A stretch of DNA of 63,983 nucleotides, the filler included, from Basidiobolus ranarum (lineage: Eukaryota), in NCBI GenBank assembly GCA_040143965.1. It is 4 parts of 4 records of this genome, joined end to end, with 100 filler letters (N's around TTAATTAATTAA, not from the genome) between each part and the next. Parts side by side here need not be neighbours in the genome. Positions count along the whole stretch, not along the records: positions 1 to 16,326 come from JASJQH010000345.1; positions 16,427 to 32,722 come from JASJQH010000346.1; 2 more parts are not named here. The stretch is one strand, 5' to 3'. The notes beneath the pieces were generated by a model that worked only from the letters and a program-made list of their open reading frames with translations, was not told the origin of the DNA and did not search any database. This document shows, piece after piece, positions 13,455 to 26,628 of this stretch (positions are counted from its first letter, which is position 1; each line of letters starts with the position of its first letter). A program made the position numbers and the translations under genes.

Positions 13455-16326
13455 TCTCGCCATCTTCTCTGGGTGTCCTTGTATTTGTGATGGAATGCCG
13501 GGTAGGCACCCCCCCTAGTCAACGAAATCCTGGCAATCTTTACATAGCTTTCCTTTCTATTTTTCAGTGAATATTTCAGCCCAATATTGTATCACGTACA
13601 CATGATAATAGCACAGATATGTCTGCACTGTTCGTTTTGCTCATCAAGAAAAGAAACAAAAACTCTATATTTGTCCTTTTTATTGTATATTCTTACCCTT
13701 TCACGCTTTCACGGAGCCTCGGTTTCCATTCAATTCTACGGTCAACTCGACTCACCTCTACCTCCATTATGTGATTCCTTAGTGTTTAGTTACTTGTTGG
13801 GCTCATTAAACAAAATTCCCCCCGAAGCTAACTTTTCCCGAATTTGTGATGGAATGAAAATGCATGTTTGATGAATTCATACAAGTAAAAACTTAACAAA
13901 TATCCATAATTTCATGTTGAAACAAGTGTTGATTTCCTATTAGCCCCGTGTCATTCCATATTTCTTATCAGGGCCAGTAGTCAAACTTTCCCACAATCCA
14001 ACATTCTCAGACCTGATGACGACTTGCCATATGAATTGTTCGGTAATTATGAGCGATGTTCAGGTGAAAAGACCAGTAATAAAACAATGCCAATCTGTGA
14101 GCTATTACTTCTTGAAGGTAGATGTGGCTGCAGTTAACATTGAGGATCAATTCACTAGCAAATAAATAAAGTATTGATATTTCCACTATTTCCGTATTAT
14201 TCACGTGTTTCATGTCTAGACTCCTCTGCTTAAATATGTACCGTAGCTGACTCCGTGGAATTCGGTGAATTTTCGGTGGTTTTGGAGAGTTGAAGGGGGA
14301 CTCGAACTGACTCCAACTCCCACTTGAGAAATACAAACGGTTCCTATGTGACCTTCAACTAAAGGCCTCGACTTTGGAGAGAGAATGTCAGAAATGCCTT
14401 CAAGTGTCAGTGCATCGAAATCCAAAAAGAATTCAAATACGCATCTAGGTTCTGGGATTTCTTGATGCTAGACCAAGTATGATCCAGGGGTAATTTCTAC
14501 CATGATTAGGGATAGATTGCTAAGGAGGATCTCCCCTGAAACGTGTGGTGTAATGTGTATCATCATTGCTCGAAATTGAATTCGAATCAGTCGAAATAAC
14601 TGGATGGTGAGAATTAGAACTTGTGATTCGACATGGATGACAAATCCATTGAGTAACGTGATATTTCCATGTGGGGCTGAGTAACCTTAACAATGTAGCT
14701 ACTTCTAGGAAATGATGGACTTTTTTTCTTCTAGATTGCCCTTACGGCTAGTGGCCTATCTAAAATATCCGAACCAATGTTTCAGATTGTGAGGAGATTT
14801 GGTGTCTCTATCAAGAGAATAAAGTCTGTGAGACTTGATCAGATTAGATACAAGACACTCTAGATAGTGGCAGCCTCACTATGGTACCACCCTTTGCCCA
14901 CTTCCTATACATACATTGTACACTGAATAAGTTCACTTGGCAGTCTCTGGTATTCTTGGATGTAGTGAATATCTGCCAGCCATGGAGGCTATCGGAGATA
15001 TATTGATCGACGGATTGGAGGGGTGATAAGCTTATCTATAATGGACATCTCCAGATCTCAACAGAAATCCCCGAACATTGCTCAACAAGGCTCTCACAAG
15101 CGTAATGGGTTTTCTGTAAAAGAGGTGCTATTCGATACAACACAGGTGTCTAGTGATTCTCGAAGGCTCTTAAAGTAAGGGATTTCGAGGTATAGTTAGT
15201 CTAATGAAAGTGATCCATTTTCATTGGTCTATGTGAGTTGGGGCATCTTTGTAGCGCAAGGTCTTCTGAAGAAATGTATAGCTGCTCTTATTCACGTCAA
15301 TCCGATCAGTTTCTTTTATATTGGATGAGTGGACACCATGCATATTAGACCCGTCTGGGGATTCTTGCTCGGTAATTCCCATTCGAACCCGGATCTTACG
15401 GGTAATTGTCATAAAGTCATCATCAGCCCACAAATACTGTTATGGAATCACGATGAATGGGGGAACTTATCTACGGAAAGATATTTCCTCATAGAACAAT
15501 CCGCCAAGCGTTGAATAAGATAGCCATCGACGCTATCTGATATTCACCTACGATGATGCTGCATGAACTTGATTTCCCCAACTACGACAGATTGGAGATC
15601 CAGAGATGGCTATCTAGTGAGTTCTCCAGGCTTCGATCTGCTGTCTAACTAAATACTAAACGACGTGCCAACCGGCGCAAACATATCTATCTTGCCAATA
15701 TTACTTGCATATACACCGTGTGTGATGGAAATTGCATACAGCTTTGTTTACTCTTCACAAACCGCTGCCCTCTCCAGCATTCCTCTGAATAACCCCCTCA
15801 CTACCCGTGTCTAAAACAATCGTTCGTGAAACACTGACCCTTGAATGGTACCAAAAGAGGTGCCATTGAAGAAATCCGCATTCTAGATGAATCCAATGGA
15901 CGAGTAATCCATGTATTAGGCAGATGTGAGAGAAGCCTGATTCTGCCATATTTGGAGAGATTCAATACAAATCAATACAAACTCCAATATACAAAGAATC
16001 ATTGCATCCTCAAAAGTTCCATCTGTATATGTCGAGTGGGGGAAGAACGATGTGAAAAAAAGGATTTCTTGAAGTCAGAAATTCCCATTTTTAGGGAATT
16101 CTTTATTATGTAGGGGCTAAACATGCCTCAGAAAAGAAATCAATAGATTGATATATTATAAAGGACAATATGGTTTGGTGCACATCTAGTTAAATTAGTA
16201 TACACAATGACATGATTCCAAGCAATGAATACGAGCAGTGGTATAACCATATTCTCCTCCGTCTGGAGTGATCCTTCGACTGTCTCTACCTTGATCCTGG
16301 TGAGCCACCAGGTATGGATTTGATAT

Positions 16327-16426
16327 NNNNNNNNNNNNNNNNNNNNNNNNNNNNNNNNNNNNNNNNNNNNTTAATTAATTAANNNNNNNNNNNNNNNNNN
16401 NNNNNNNNNNNNNNNNNNNNNNNNNN
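16327..16426. other. Artificial contig spacer (N44-TTAATTAATTAA-N44)
   Basis: 100-nt linker with six-frame stop core, identical at three positions. Confidence 0.97.
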
Positions 16427-16961
16427 GGATATCACCATCACCCTCTCGTAATCTATATTTGTTACGATTATACTTCTGTAGCTTGCCTAGAGGTAGTTGG
16501 TGGCAAAGTCAAGGAGGACTCTAATTGTATTTTAGGGGTTGCTCTTCCTGTAGGCTTTGGTGACCACTCCAAATATTGGGATATTCCATTCGGCTCCGGT
16601 TGTTAAATGGAAACTGTTACTTCTCTTTCCGAGATTTATTGGCAAATATTTGCCTAAACATTTAATAAACTTATGATGTTTACTTTTCATCAACTGGTGT
16701 ATAAGAAATCCACCAGAATTGCTGTAGGTTTTCACATCGAAGAGAAATGGGCAGGATTTTCATGTCCTAAGCCAAAGTTATCATTGGTTACTAACTGACT
16801 TTTGTGCTAAACATGCATTATTACCTGTATGCCAAAGTTATTCCAACATTATGAAAACCAAGTATAGCTATGATTATAATGCCTGCTATTTATGCCTCAT
16901 CCCACAATATATAGAACAGAAGATTTGAATTAAAACTTGGTTACCACAATCAGTAACAAGT

Positions 16962-17123
16962 ATACTTACCTGGCAGGGGGAGCTTACGATCAGATAGGTG
17001 AGCCCTTCGTCTTGGAATTTGAGCATTGCACAACGTCTCAGAGTTCTTGACGCGAGCATCCTTAGGGGTGTCTCGACTGTTAAATTTTTGTTTGTGGGAG
17101 GTGAGCGCTATGCGCCGCCTCCT
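16962..17123 (+). ncRNA. U1: U1 spliceosomal snRNA
   Basis: 5' ATACTTACCTGGCAGGGG; loop I GATCA; loop II ATTGCAC (U1A site); Sm site AAATTTTTG; 3' stem-loop GGAGGTGAGCGC...GCGCCGCCTCC. Confidence 0.95.
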
Positions 17124-19244
17124 TCTTTTCCAGAGTGCGCTTTATTAAATTTAAGCTTCTGATTTTGGTTCTAAGGCGTCATATTTTAGCTGTTTAAGCG
17201 TAGTTCCCGGATCTTACATTAGAATGAATGATACATCGTGAACTACTACAGACGACATCTGGTTTTGACGTGATAAATATCTAACCGTTTTCTCCATTCT
17301 GATAAGGGGAGGTTAGTCGACTAGTAAGTGATGTAGCCTAACTATCTAAGGATTCATCCACAGAAGGGAACAGAGAAAAACTGTAAGTTTAAAAAATGGC
17401 TTAATAAATGGATATACTTCGTATAATTTTGTAGTCTCACAATTTCACCTATGTAAGCGATAGTACAAAATCAAGTTTGATGATTAGTGATTTTAAAACC
17501 GTTCTAATATTTTTCAATAGTATTTGAGAATCTAAGACAACAACATAGTCTTGTTGGGAGAATGATGTATTCTATTTGTATACGTCTAATTACGTGAATG
17601 TTAACAGAATAGTTATTAATTAAAATCCGCTAAAATGCACTCCAGATTAGGCAAACTATTCCTATGGTGTACTAGAACGAATAAAAATTACCTTGAATAT
17701 ATTTTGCACCAAGAAATTCAAGAGCGTGTAATTAACCTTTATCCCCTAATTACAAACTCATAAGAATATATATATGCATGTGTTATGATTGTAAGTGGCA
17801 AAGAAATCAATGCCTTTGTCTCAATATGCCATACAAGCCTAATGTTTGTCAATACGAAGTATGAGTTTTTTATCAAAATAATTTGAAGAGTGTTTTCCTT
17901 ATGATTGTGTTGAGTAACCAGGGATGTTTGGCAAATCGTCCAGTATTCTAAACTTTTATGCTTACCTATTGCATGCTCAAACTCTTGGAATACAGCCTAA
18001 GTAAGGGATTTCTAGATTTGCGTACCTTTGTGGCTTTTTACTAGTTGTAGACGCACATATCTAATTTGACGAGTTATTGGGTTTGATTACAATCTTGTAA
18101 CGTTGATTGGGTCATATTGCCGTTTACAAATATATTGACGTATTTGTAACTTTCACCATTGGCAAAATTCATGTAGGCACTAACCTTCTTCGTACTAAAC
18201 TTACCAAGCATACTTGTATAGGAGTAGGAAGTTTCTCTAACAAAGTAATAGCATAAATGGAAGCCTCGTAAACAACACTCAATAAAAGAATTTATCCTTT
18301 TAAAACAGAACTATTCTAGAATATGCTAAACTAGCTTGCTTAGGAGGTGCATGATGCAGTTTGAATGCCTTATTCAAGATTGAATTAATAAGGTATCTCA
18401 TTGCTAGCATTTGTAATTAAATATTTACTGATGGATAGATGATACAGGTTTGGCAGACACTATGTCATTCACTCTACCTGCACAACTAGTAAACACTCCT
18501 GGTCAGCCAGTGTTACTTGACCAAATCCAAGGGAACTCCACACCATGGTCATAACATCTTGCAACGTAACTTTAATAACGGATGAAAATGGAGGTGCCGG
18601 CAATGGTGGAAGTAATGGAGTTGGCGCATATGACTCTGGCAATAGTGATGCTGGTGTCACATTCCCAACTCTCTCAGCAGTTAGGGCTGGAAGTATTAGC
18701 TCAAATGGGTTAAGTTGGTATTCAACCAGTGAACATATTCTCAGTTGTCGCCGAGTTAGCTCATAATTGGAGATTGTATGAGGATGGTAGTCATAACTTG
18801 CTTTAGTCTAGATGCCCCTAAATGGTTTTAACTTCTGAATTGGACTGCTGTACGACTTTTAATCACCCTTTTAAGCCGTGACAAAGCCATTGATATGGAA
18901 CAAATCTGTGTACGGCGAGCTAATTCAGCCATTGGAGGAAGAAGAAAGAATCTGATGGACAAATAAGTTCCAGAAATTATGATCCATTCCAAATTAGTAA
19001 ACGATGACTCTAGTATTCAATGCTGCATACACTCGCGATGTTTACGCGATTGGCTGCATTGAAAGAATGAAAGATCATTATTATTAAAAGAATTGCCAAT
19101 TTACATTTGAGAGATACTTACGCCATTGGATATGACTTTAAATATCTCGGAAAAGATCTAGTATGGGAGGGGGCATAGAAATTATTATAAAATACTACGA
19201 CTCTACTACATTCAGTTAACATACCAATCGATTAACTCTAGACA

Positions 19245-19694
19245 ATGCCTTCTCAACAAACCGTAAAGATCTGCATCTGTGGTGAGAACTGCCAGTACGA
19301 ACAATGCAAGTGCCAAAAGGTCGAAGTGAAACAATCTTGCTCTTGCAAGGAGAACTGTACTTGTGACAAGTGTGAGTGTGCCAAGACCATTGAAGCTCCA
19401 GCTTGCCAATGCGGAAGTGACTGCAAGTGCTCCAACTGTCAAGGAAAGAAGAAATCCAACTGCACCTGTGGTGACAAGTGCCACTGTGGAACTGACTGTA
19501 AATGCGAACAAGCCAAGAAATCCAACTGCACCTGTAGTGACAAGTGTGAATGCAGAGATGAATGCAAATGTGAGCAAGCCAAAGAAAACAAATGCTGCTG
19601 TGGCGAAGATTGCCAGTGTGAATCATGCGATATTAAGAACTGTAAGTGCTGTTGTGGCATTGGCTGCAAGTGTTCCAGCTGTTCTGCCTTGTAG
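19245..19694 (+). CDS. Long modular metallothionein-like protein (149 aa, ~41 Cys)
   Basis: Repeated CxCxxxCxC(xxCxC) modules with Lys-rich linkers, almost no aromatic residues; TATA-like element at ~19186, good ACAATG start context, AATAAA at ~19757. Confidence 0.88.
   Translation: MPSQQTVKICICGENCQYEQCKCQKVEVKQSCSCKENCTCDKCECAKTIEAPACQCGSDCKCSNCQGKKKSNCTCGDKCHCGTDCKCEQAKKSNCTCSDKCECRDECKCEQAKENKCCCGEDCQCESCDIKNCKCCCGIGCKCSSCSAL
19449..19580 (+). repeat. 66-bp tandem duplication inside the metallothionein
   Basis: aagaaatccaactgcacctgt..gtgacaagtg...caagcc twice (19449-19514, 19515-19580), encoding KKSNCTCxDKCxCxxxCKCEQA. Confidence 0.9.
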
Positions 19695-20312
19695 GCTTTT
19701 CACTCATACATAACAATTAAATTCTTTTATCAATTGTATAATTTTGCATAAAATCAATAAAAAAGTAAATGTAACTATAATTTTGAATTCTTAGTTTTCC
19801 TCCTATAATGAAACAGTAGTTAAAGAGCACGGTCACCAGAACGGATAGAATAATTCGAAAAATTGGGGTATATTCGTTTAGTCACAACATTGGTTCCGAA
19901 ATTGGTACCATAATGCATGTCAATTCATGAGGTTTTTATTGCTTGCTATAGATTAGAATGCTCGATGACAAAATGATTATTCCTGAATAAATTATGTATT
20001 GGAAGACACACAAATAAAATTAACTTGGTTTCTGTGATCACATTGAGCACTTTGGTTAGCGTCCTATAACCTATTTATTCATTAAGTCAATCATTTGCTG
20101 TACAAAATACAAGCTGTTAAACGATATAGCCATACTACTTGGATACTCTGATGCGCATAGAGTTTTTTGGCATGTGATGCGAGTAAAACTCGCTATTCGT
20201 ATATCGAAGTTAGATGAATATACACAATAAATCCCACTAAACTTCACACTCTTTGAGAGAAACACCTGGCGAATCACCAATTAAATCAGCAATGGTCGCC
20301 TGATGAAAATGG

Positions 20313-20656
20313 TGTTAGAGTATTTGGGAGCCTGTTGGAAGTGGTTTGGAGAATTAGAGAAATTGGTGGTTTTCACTTATTGATTTATTGAGTAGAAAGT
20401 TGAGATTTATAGATTTGTCAGGATGTAAACAAACTAACGTGTAGAATGTGTTAAGGAAGGTCCCAGGAACATGTGTGCAAAGTTTGGGGATTCTAGCACA
20501 AGTTTGAAAAATCTATATATCTGAGAACTTCCAAGTTGGTAAAAATGTTCTAAGTTTCAATTGAGAATAATGGATGATATCTTAGTGAACTATAAGATAA
20601 CTAAGTACTAAGCTATATATGACTATATAGGTGTTTAGGCAATGCTAATTTTAACA
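20313..20656 (+). mobile_element. Solo-LTR-like (or non-autonomous Ginger-type) element, copy 1, 344 bp
   Basis: Ends TGTTA...TAACA; perfect 5-bp target-site duplication AATGG; homologous to 26346, 53846, 55137 and 50549 copies. Confidence 0.88.
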
Positions 20657-23308
20657 AATGGCACTTTTAATGGGACCAAGTCCAAGTACCAATGAATAGT
20701 CTATTATTGGCTTCAATCCTGAGAATTCAAATTTGCCCTAGGATGAAACTGACACTTAATAGAATTACTATTGTAGTTATTATTACCACTCTACCTTCAT
20801 TTTTGTCATTGTTCTCAAGTGTCTAAGTTCAGGCTTGACCATCATGTATTCCAGGATGGTAGCAATTGGCCATGATCCTATTGACTCATATTTACCAGTT
20901 TATTGGCTGATAGCTTGCAGCCTTTTCCACTCAATACTATCCTTACAGCTTTGTTTATTGATCATGCTACTAAGATCATTATCATTAGTTATAATTTGTT
21001 GAGAAACTATTGTCCTGAATGTCAATTTATTAAGATCACCATACTAACCAAATAAATCTCACACTTTGCTCTATTGGAGCTTGAATCAAAATTAATGAGT
21101 CAAATGTGACTTACATAGATTGATATATTTAGTAGAAATGCTCAGATGACTGGTACATTTTTGCTGGATAGTTTATCTCTATTCAAGATCTTTGTTAACT
21201 TTGGTTATGATACATATATCAGAAACAAAACATCCCCGTGTCTACAGTCTCTATATTGTAATTAGAAATATCTCTATATCTATATAACTAGTACATTTTA
21301 TTTACCTGACTTGGCCAATATATCCTACTACACAAACTCCTTATTATCTCAAACAATTGATTTACTTCTGGGCTAAATAATTCACCATATTTTGTTAAGA
21401 ATAAAGCAACTTTTGAAATATCACAAGTAATTGCTAAGTAACACAGTCTATCTTCACTATGGCCAGATCCTCCAATAATCTGTGCCACTTCACATTGTGC
21501 TTTCAAGTAGAAGTCAGTTAATGTTTTGATCATATGCTTAAGGAAATGTCCCCAAAATTCAGAATTAGCAATGTTATACTCAAATATTAGAGTCAGTTAA
21601 ATCAATGCCAGAATGATTTATTTCTCTCCAACAGATGGTTTGAATTAAAAATGGCTAGTGTCTGGTATTTCCATCAATAAGTGAAATTCTTTACTTCTAG
21701 CCATTTAATAAAAGGGATTGAGATAGATGCATAGTGATTTAGAGAGCAGTGTTGAAGCTTATTCTGTCAATGACAGCAGTTATTCCTCGTTTTGTATATC
21801 TAAGTTAACCCGCAGCATTCAGTCAAATATTACCTAGCTTCATACTGATGCATCAATTGAAGACCCATAAATAGAAAAGTCTAAGCTGGATATTCAAGCC
21901 AGTCCTAACTTATCTCAAGATGGTGCATTTGACTCTCACTGATAAACGTTTTACTATAATTAATTTTTACCAGGAAAAACACAGGTAGTAACTATCTCAT
22001 TGATACAATTATAAGAAATTTCAAGCAAAATGTGCCATGGTGATACTTGATAATTTATCAGTATTCACCTGCAAATAGGAATTCCTTGAAAAGCTCAATA
22101 AACACTCGAAAGATCGAACTTTAACCCTAACTCAATTCCATATGTGATCAAATTCTAGCCCTTATCACTCGAAGAATTTTACAGTAGTATCTAGTTTAAT
22201 GAATAACAACTATCATTCGAATACAGCAGGCTACTGAAGGGTTCTTGACATACTTGCTAATTGGGCAGTGAAATAGTCAATTAAACATTCTAAAATTCGC
22301 TATACATAGAGAATGGTCACAAAGGTGATGATTGGTTTAGACTGAACCGAGTTGATACTATCCATTGAGGTCGATGCTGGCTCGCGATATGGTCTCGATC
22401 ATATGACAATAGTGAACATGCTACTTGATGAATATCACATTACAATACAGGCCATCAATCTATATAGAATGATCCAAACTGAATGTTACCTGCTTCGCTT
22501 AAAAGTGGCTGTCTCCATTGTTACAAGAAAAATACCGTGGGGTTAGGGAAATAGAATTGGATTTGATCAGCATAGGGTACTTGTCAATCTCACCTCTCAA
22601 TTGCCTGCAGCCTACAGTAATTGATACCCACTAAGATTTTTTAGTATAGACGAGTAGCCATTTAGCCACAAATGATTGGTGTGTTTTTGGGACCAGAAGA
22701 TATCAGTTACTGACACAAGATGCATGGATTCACGAAGTGTGATTTGAATCAGGATCACGGATCCACTGGGGAAATATAAACTCTATTGAAGTGAAATCAA
22801 ATCTGCCAACGTTCACAAAATTGTGGTTGGTGTAGTGTGCAGATATAAACTTAATTCAAAAACACAAGTTATCCATTTATACACTCTGCATCCCTTTGAA
22901 CTGACATCATAGGCATTGGATGTCTTTAATACCAACAATGTAAGCCAATTCGCAATAAGCTTCGTAGAGCAGTTCATGCTAAGTTGAATGAACCTGATTC
23001 ATAAAACACAAGTTCTGCTTTCTGTTTACTTCTTTCATGGTTGGTATTAGGAAACATGCGTACCACTTAATACTATACCGTTACATTGTGGAACACAATG
23101 AGATGCGACAGAATTCTGAAGGAGGATATTCGGTTGACCAATAGCATTCGCTCCAGCCCAAGCTACTCTTCCCAGGAAAATATTAGATTAAAATTCTGAA
23201 CTTACCAGCGAAGACGTTGACATTAATCTAGCTAGGCTGAATGGAGTAAGTTCCAAACTAAATTTGCTAGTAGCACACATCACTATCATATTCCCAATTT
23301 GGTAAATG

Positions 23309-23367
23309 TTACTTCAGAGATGACCTCATTAGGATGACATCACTAGCAATTTAGTAGCACATATAAG
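23309..23367 (+). promoter_or_regulatory. CRE-like (ATF/CREB) sites and TATA upstream of the 23424 gene
   Basis: TTACTTCA 23309, TGACCTCA 23321, TGACATCA 23335, TATAAG ~23362. Confidence 0.45.
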
Positions 23368-23423
23368 GCGCTAGGAACAACTTTAGAATCAATCATTCAA
23401 TCAATTTCTTTAATAAACCAACA

Positions 23424-23687
23424 ATGGACTCACATCCTGGACATCACGATCAGCTCCCTCAGCAACCACACCACCAGCAGCCATTTTATCCCTATACACA
23501 GCAACCGATGACCACCGTGCACACCGAGCATCATACTCCAGCCACAGGGCATGCGGAACACAACTCCTCAACCACCAAGCATCCTCATTTGAGTGCTATT
23601 AAAGACACGGTGAAAACTCTTCTTGGCAAAAACCAGTCTTCAGACCCAGAAGCTGAACACCAAAATGGGAAGACTGGCCCAGAATGA
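23424..23687 (+). CDS. Small His/Gln-rich hydrophilin-like protein (87 aa)
   Basis: Intact ORF with TATA and good start context; hydrophilic; amphipathic Lys helix LSAIKDTVKTLLGK shared with the neighbouring gene. Confidence 0.7.
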   Translation: MDSHPGHHDQLPQQPHHQQPFYPYTQQPMTTVHTEHHTPATGHAEHNSSTTKHPHLSAIKDTVKTLLGKNQSSDPEAEHQNGKTGPE

Positions 23688-24376
23688 AGTTACTTTCGTG
23701 ATATCTATATGTAATATATACAAATGATATGAATTTAATAAAAACGCTTAAATCTATGTTCCGTTCTATCTTTAAACCCTGGGTACACTGGCCTAGGCCT
23801 TTATCTTCACAAATGCAATAACTATACGTTCCTCGCAAGTCTTTGTTGAATTTTGTGAATAAGCCATATGAATAGACTGTCAATAACTCTCATCTCATTC
23901 CCGTTGGCTATAGAAAAAACCATCATGTATCATTGATGGAATGCATTTTATTGAGCAGCTCGGGCAAGTACGTGCAAGCGTCAATAGTAAAATGTTGAAG
24001 TTAAGCCTGTAACCAAAGTAAGTAGTGCTGAGACGATGAAATCATGCTATTCATGTGCCAACACATTCACCCAAATGAGTGAATAAACTGGTATCATTGG
24101 ATAGTGAACGACATCGTATTAAATCCATTTGTAATTTCTTCATCCCAAATGAAGACACTAGGTCTAATACATTATGCTTGAAGAGGCATTCTTTGGGAAC
24201 ATTTTCAGTCTTAGTGACACCAATTCATATTCGTGACGTCGATAATTCGTGGTTCTGGATAGCGTCAGAGAATTACATGACTCTCAGGCCCTATAAATAT
24301 GAAATCATGTCCCAGCTACAGAAAAAGCATTTACTTACTCTCCCTTCAACTTTAAAACACAAACCACAAGCACAAT

Positions 24377-25552
24377 ATGGATCATACTAATATTCCTGGA
24401 TTTACCCCTGGCCAAGGCGTCCCTCATGATGAGCTAAATCCATCATTGATTGCCCGCGAAAGAAATGACCATAGCTTGATTCATGATAAACATAAGCCAC
24501 ATCATGACCAAAGCCATAACACTGCTCACCACGAAACAAATCACTCCCCCATTGCTGCTATAAAAGAAAAGGTTAAAGGAATTTTTAGCAAAGATAAAAA
24601 GGATACCCATGACCACGATCATCATACTCATACTGGTGCAAATGTCTCAGGGACTACTGCCGGAGCTGCTACTGGTGCAGTAGCCGCTGGTTCACACCCT
24701 ACTCATCAAGAGCATAGTATTTCTTCTAGCAGCGCATCTAGTTCTGAATTCTCAGATAGCGGTAATCACAAAAACCGTGGTAACGTAACTCCCTTCGCTG
24801 GCTCTGGTACTACTGCGGGTGGTCATGATATTTCCCGTGAATCTATCGCTGCGGAAAAAGCCCAAAGCCACCACCAACATGAAGCTGGACTGATGGCTGC
24901 TGCTGGCGCTTTTGGAACTCCTAGTGCTGCCAGTGTTGGTATTGAACATTATGAACGTGATCATGGCCACAGCGGTACCCATCAATATCCCGGGGATCAT
25001 TTCCCGGGAGAGGGAAATATTCACAAAGGAGTGGAAGGATTAAGCCTTGGTGATCGTAGCTCACAAACTAACCCCGGTGCTAATAACGGCATCCACAACC
25101 AACAAGAGCTTGGTGTTGGAAACATTCCGGTGGGGAATCCGGAGCAGAGACATCAGGCTGGACATGTATCCAACTATAGCGTAAATCCTGATAGCACTGG
25201 AGCATACCCAGCTGTTGATAACACTGTACAGTCATCTACAGCGCTGCCAGCACATTCACAGCAAAGTTATGGAACTGGACATGTTTCTAGCCAAAATCCC
25301 AGTGCATATCCCGCTGTCGGTAACCCAGGACAATCTACCTCGCCTAGCTCGATTCCCGTAGGAGGTCAGAAAGAATATTCTCAAAACGAGCTTGGATCGA
25401 ATTATAGTGGTCAACCCATTGGTTCATCATCCGCCACATATGATACACCCACCGGGAACGTCCAAGCAGGCAACAATCAGCCTCAATATGCTCCACATGA
25501 TTATAATGATCGTAAACCTATTGGAACAAATAACATACCAGGCCAATATTAA
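24377..25552 (+). CDS. His/Gly/Ser-rich disordered hydrophilin/dehydrin-like protein (391 aa)
   Basis: Long intronless ORF without Cys or Trp; helix IAAIKEKVKGIFSKDK; internal repeats AYPAV(D/G)N and (Q/N)ELG; TATAAATA at ~24292. Confidence 0.85.
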   Translation: MDHTNIPGFTPGQGVPHDELNPSLIARERNDHSLIHDKHKPHHDQSHNTAHHETNHSPIAAIKEKVKGIFSKDKKDTHDHDHHTHTGANVSGTTAGAATGAVAAGSHPTHQEHSISSSSASSSEFSDSGNHKNRGNVTPFAGSGTTAGGHDISRESIAAEKAQSHHQHEAGLMAAAGAFGTPSAASVGIEHYERDHGHSGTHQYPGDHFPGEGNIHKGVEGLSLGDRSSQTNPGANNGIHNQQELGVGNIPVGNPEQRHQAGHVSNYSVNPDSTGAYPAVDNTVQSSTALPAHSQQSYGTGHVSSQNPSAYPAVGNPGQSTSPSSIPVGGQKEYSQNELGSNYSGQPIGSSSATYDTPTGNVQAGNNQPQYAPHDYNDRKPIGTNNIPGQY

Positions 25553-26345
25553 GCGTGTATCTATTCTTGTTATCAACCTTAAAGGTTCATTCGGGTCAGC
25601 TATTAATTAAAGATATCCAATTAATAAAATCGAATTAATTTGTTACAAATGAACCCCCTAACTTCGTAACTAGCAGTAATATTAAATTGAATAGTGGCTT
25701 GCAATCTATATTCGTTTCAATTGGTTCGCAGGAGGTACTATGTATTGTCATCTATGATTTGCAAATCTATATAAATCAGTATATCATGATGGCATTATTG
25801 AAATTCTGATGTAATAAAGCTCAGATACTTGCTTGAATTTAATATACTGTGAAATCCAATGATCGCTGTTTAGGAAAGAGCAAAAAATATCAGAACGACT
25901 TGTAAATACATTCTTACACTGGCTAATGCTACATGAACATACCAATTTTTTATTACTGATAGTGGGCTCCAACCTTTATTAGCATGAGCTATGTCTACTA
26001 GTGAATATTTTTTCGGTGTTGATGACAAATGGACCAACACAACTTGGCATTAATTTCAGTAAAATTGAAGTCTGCATTAGCTGGGATCCACTGGTGGCAG
26101 GAATGTGTATAATATAGAGATTTATTTATGCCATTGAACTTGTACGCCAGTATTCACGTTGGTTTCGCATTATGAGAGCGTCTAAGACCCGACCAATTGG
26201 CCATGAAGCAAGCTGCATTAATATCACTTTGGTTTTTTGATTATGACCTGGCTATAATGCCAGGTATATTCTTGACTAATATGCCTATGATAACTAATGA
26301 TGCAAAGTATTTTCCTTTTGCAAGTAACCAAAATTTTCTTCATTA

Positions 26346-26628
26346 TGTTGAAGTATCTTGGGAGTTTGTTGGAAATGGTTTGGAGAACTAGAAGAATTGA
26401 TGGTTTTCACTTATGGATTTATTGAGTAAAAAGTTGTAAACGTGTAGAATGTGTTATAGAAGGTCCCAGAAACATGTGTGCAAAGTTTGGGGCCTCTAGA
26501 ACAAGTTCTCGAAATGTTTTAAGCAAATTGCTCTTGAGAATAGTTCGTGATATCTTAGTTCAATATGGAAAAACTAAATACTAGCTATACATGACTATAT
26601 AGATGTTTAGGCTATGTTAATTTCAACA
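26346..26628 (+). mobile_element. Solo-LTR-like element, copy 2, 283 bp
   Basis: TGTTGAA...TTCAACA ends; flanks CATTA/CATTG (4 of 5 match); colinear with copy 1. Confidence 0.85.

Noticed and set aside
16371-16382. TTAATTAATTAA palindrome inside the N runs
   Set aside because: Synthetic six-frame stop linker
19212-19713. Overlapping ORFs around the metallothionein, including a hydrophobic 121-aa antisense ORF
   Set aside because: Shadow frames of the repetitive Cys codons; TATA, start context and polyA signal support only 19245-19694
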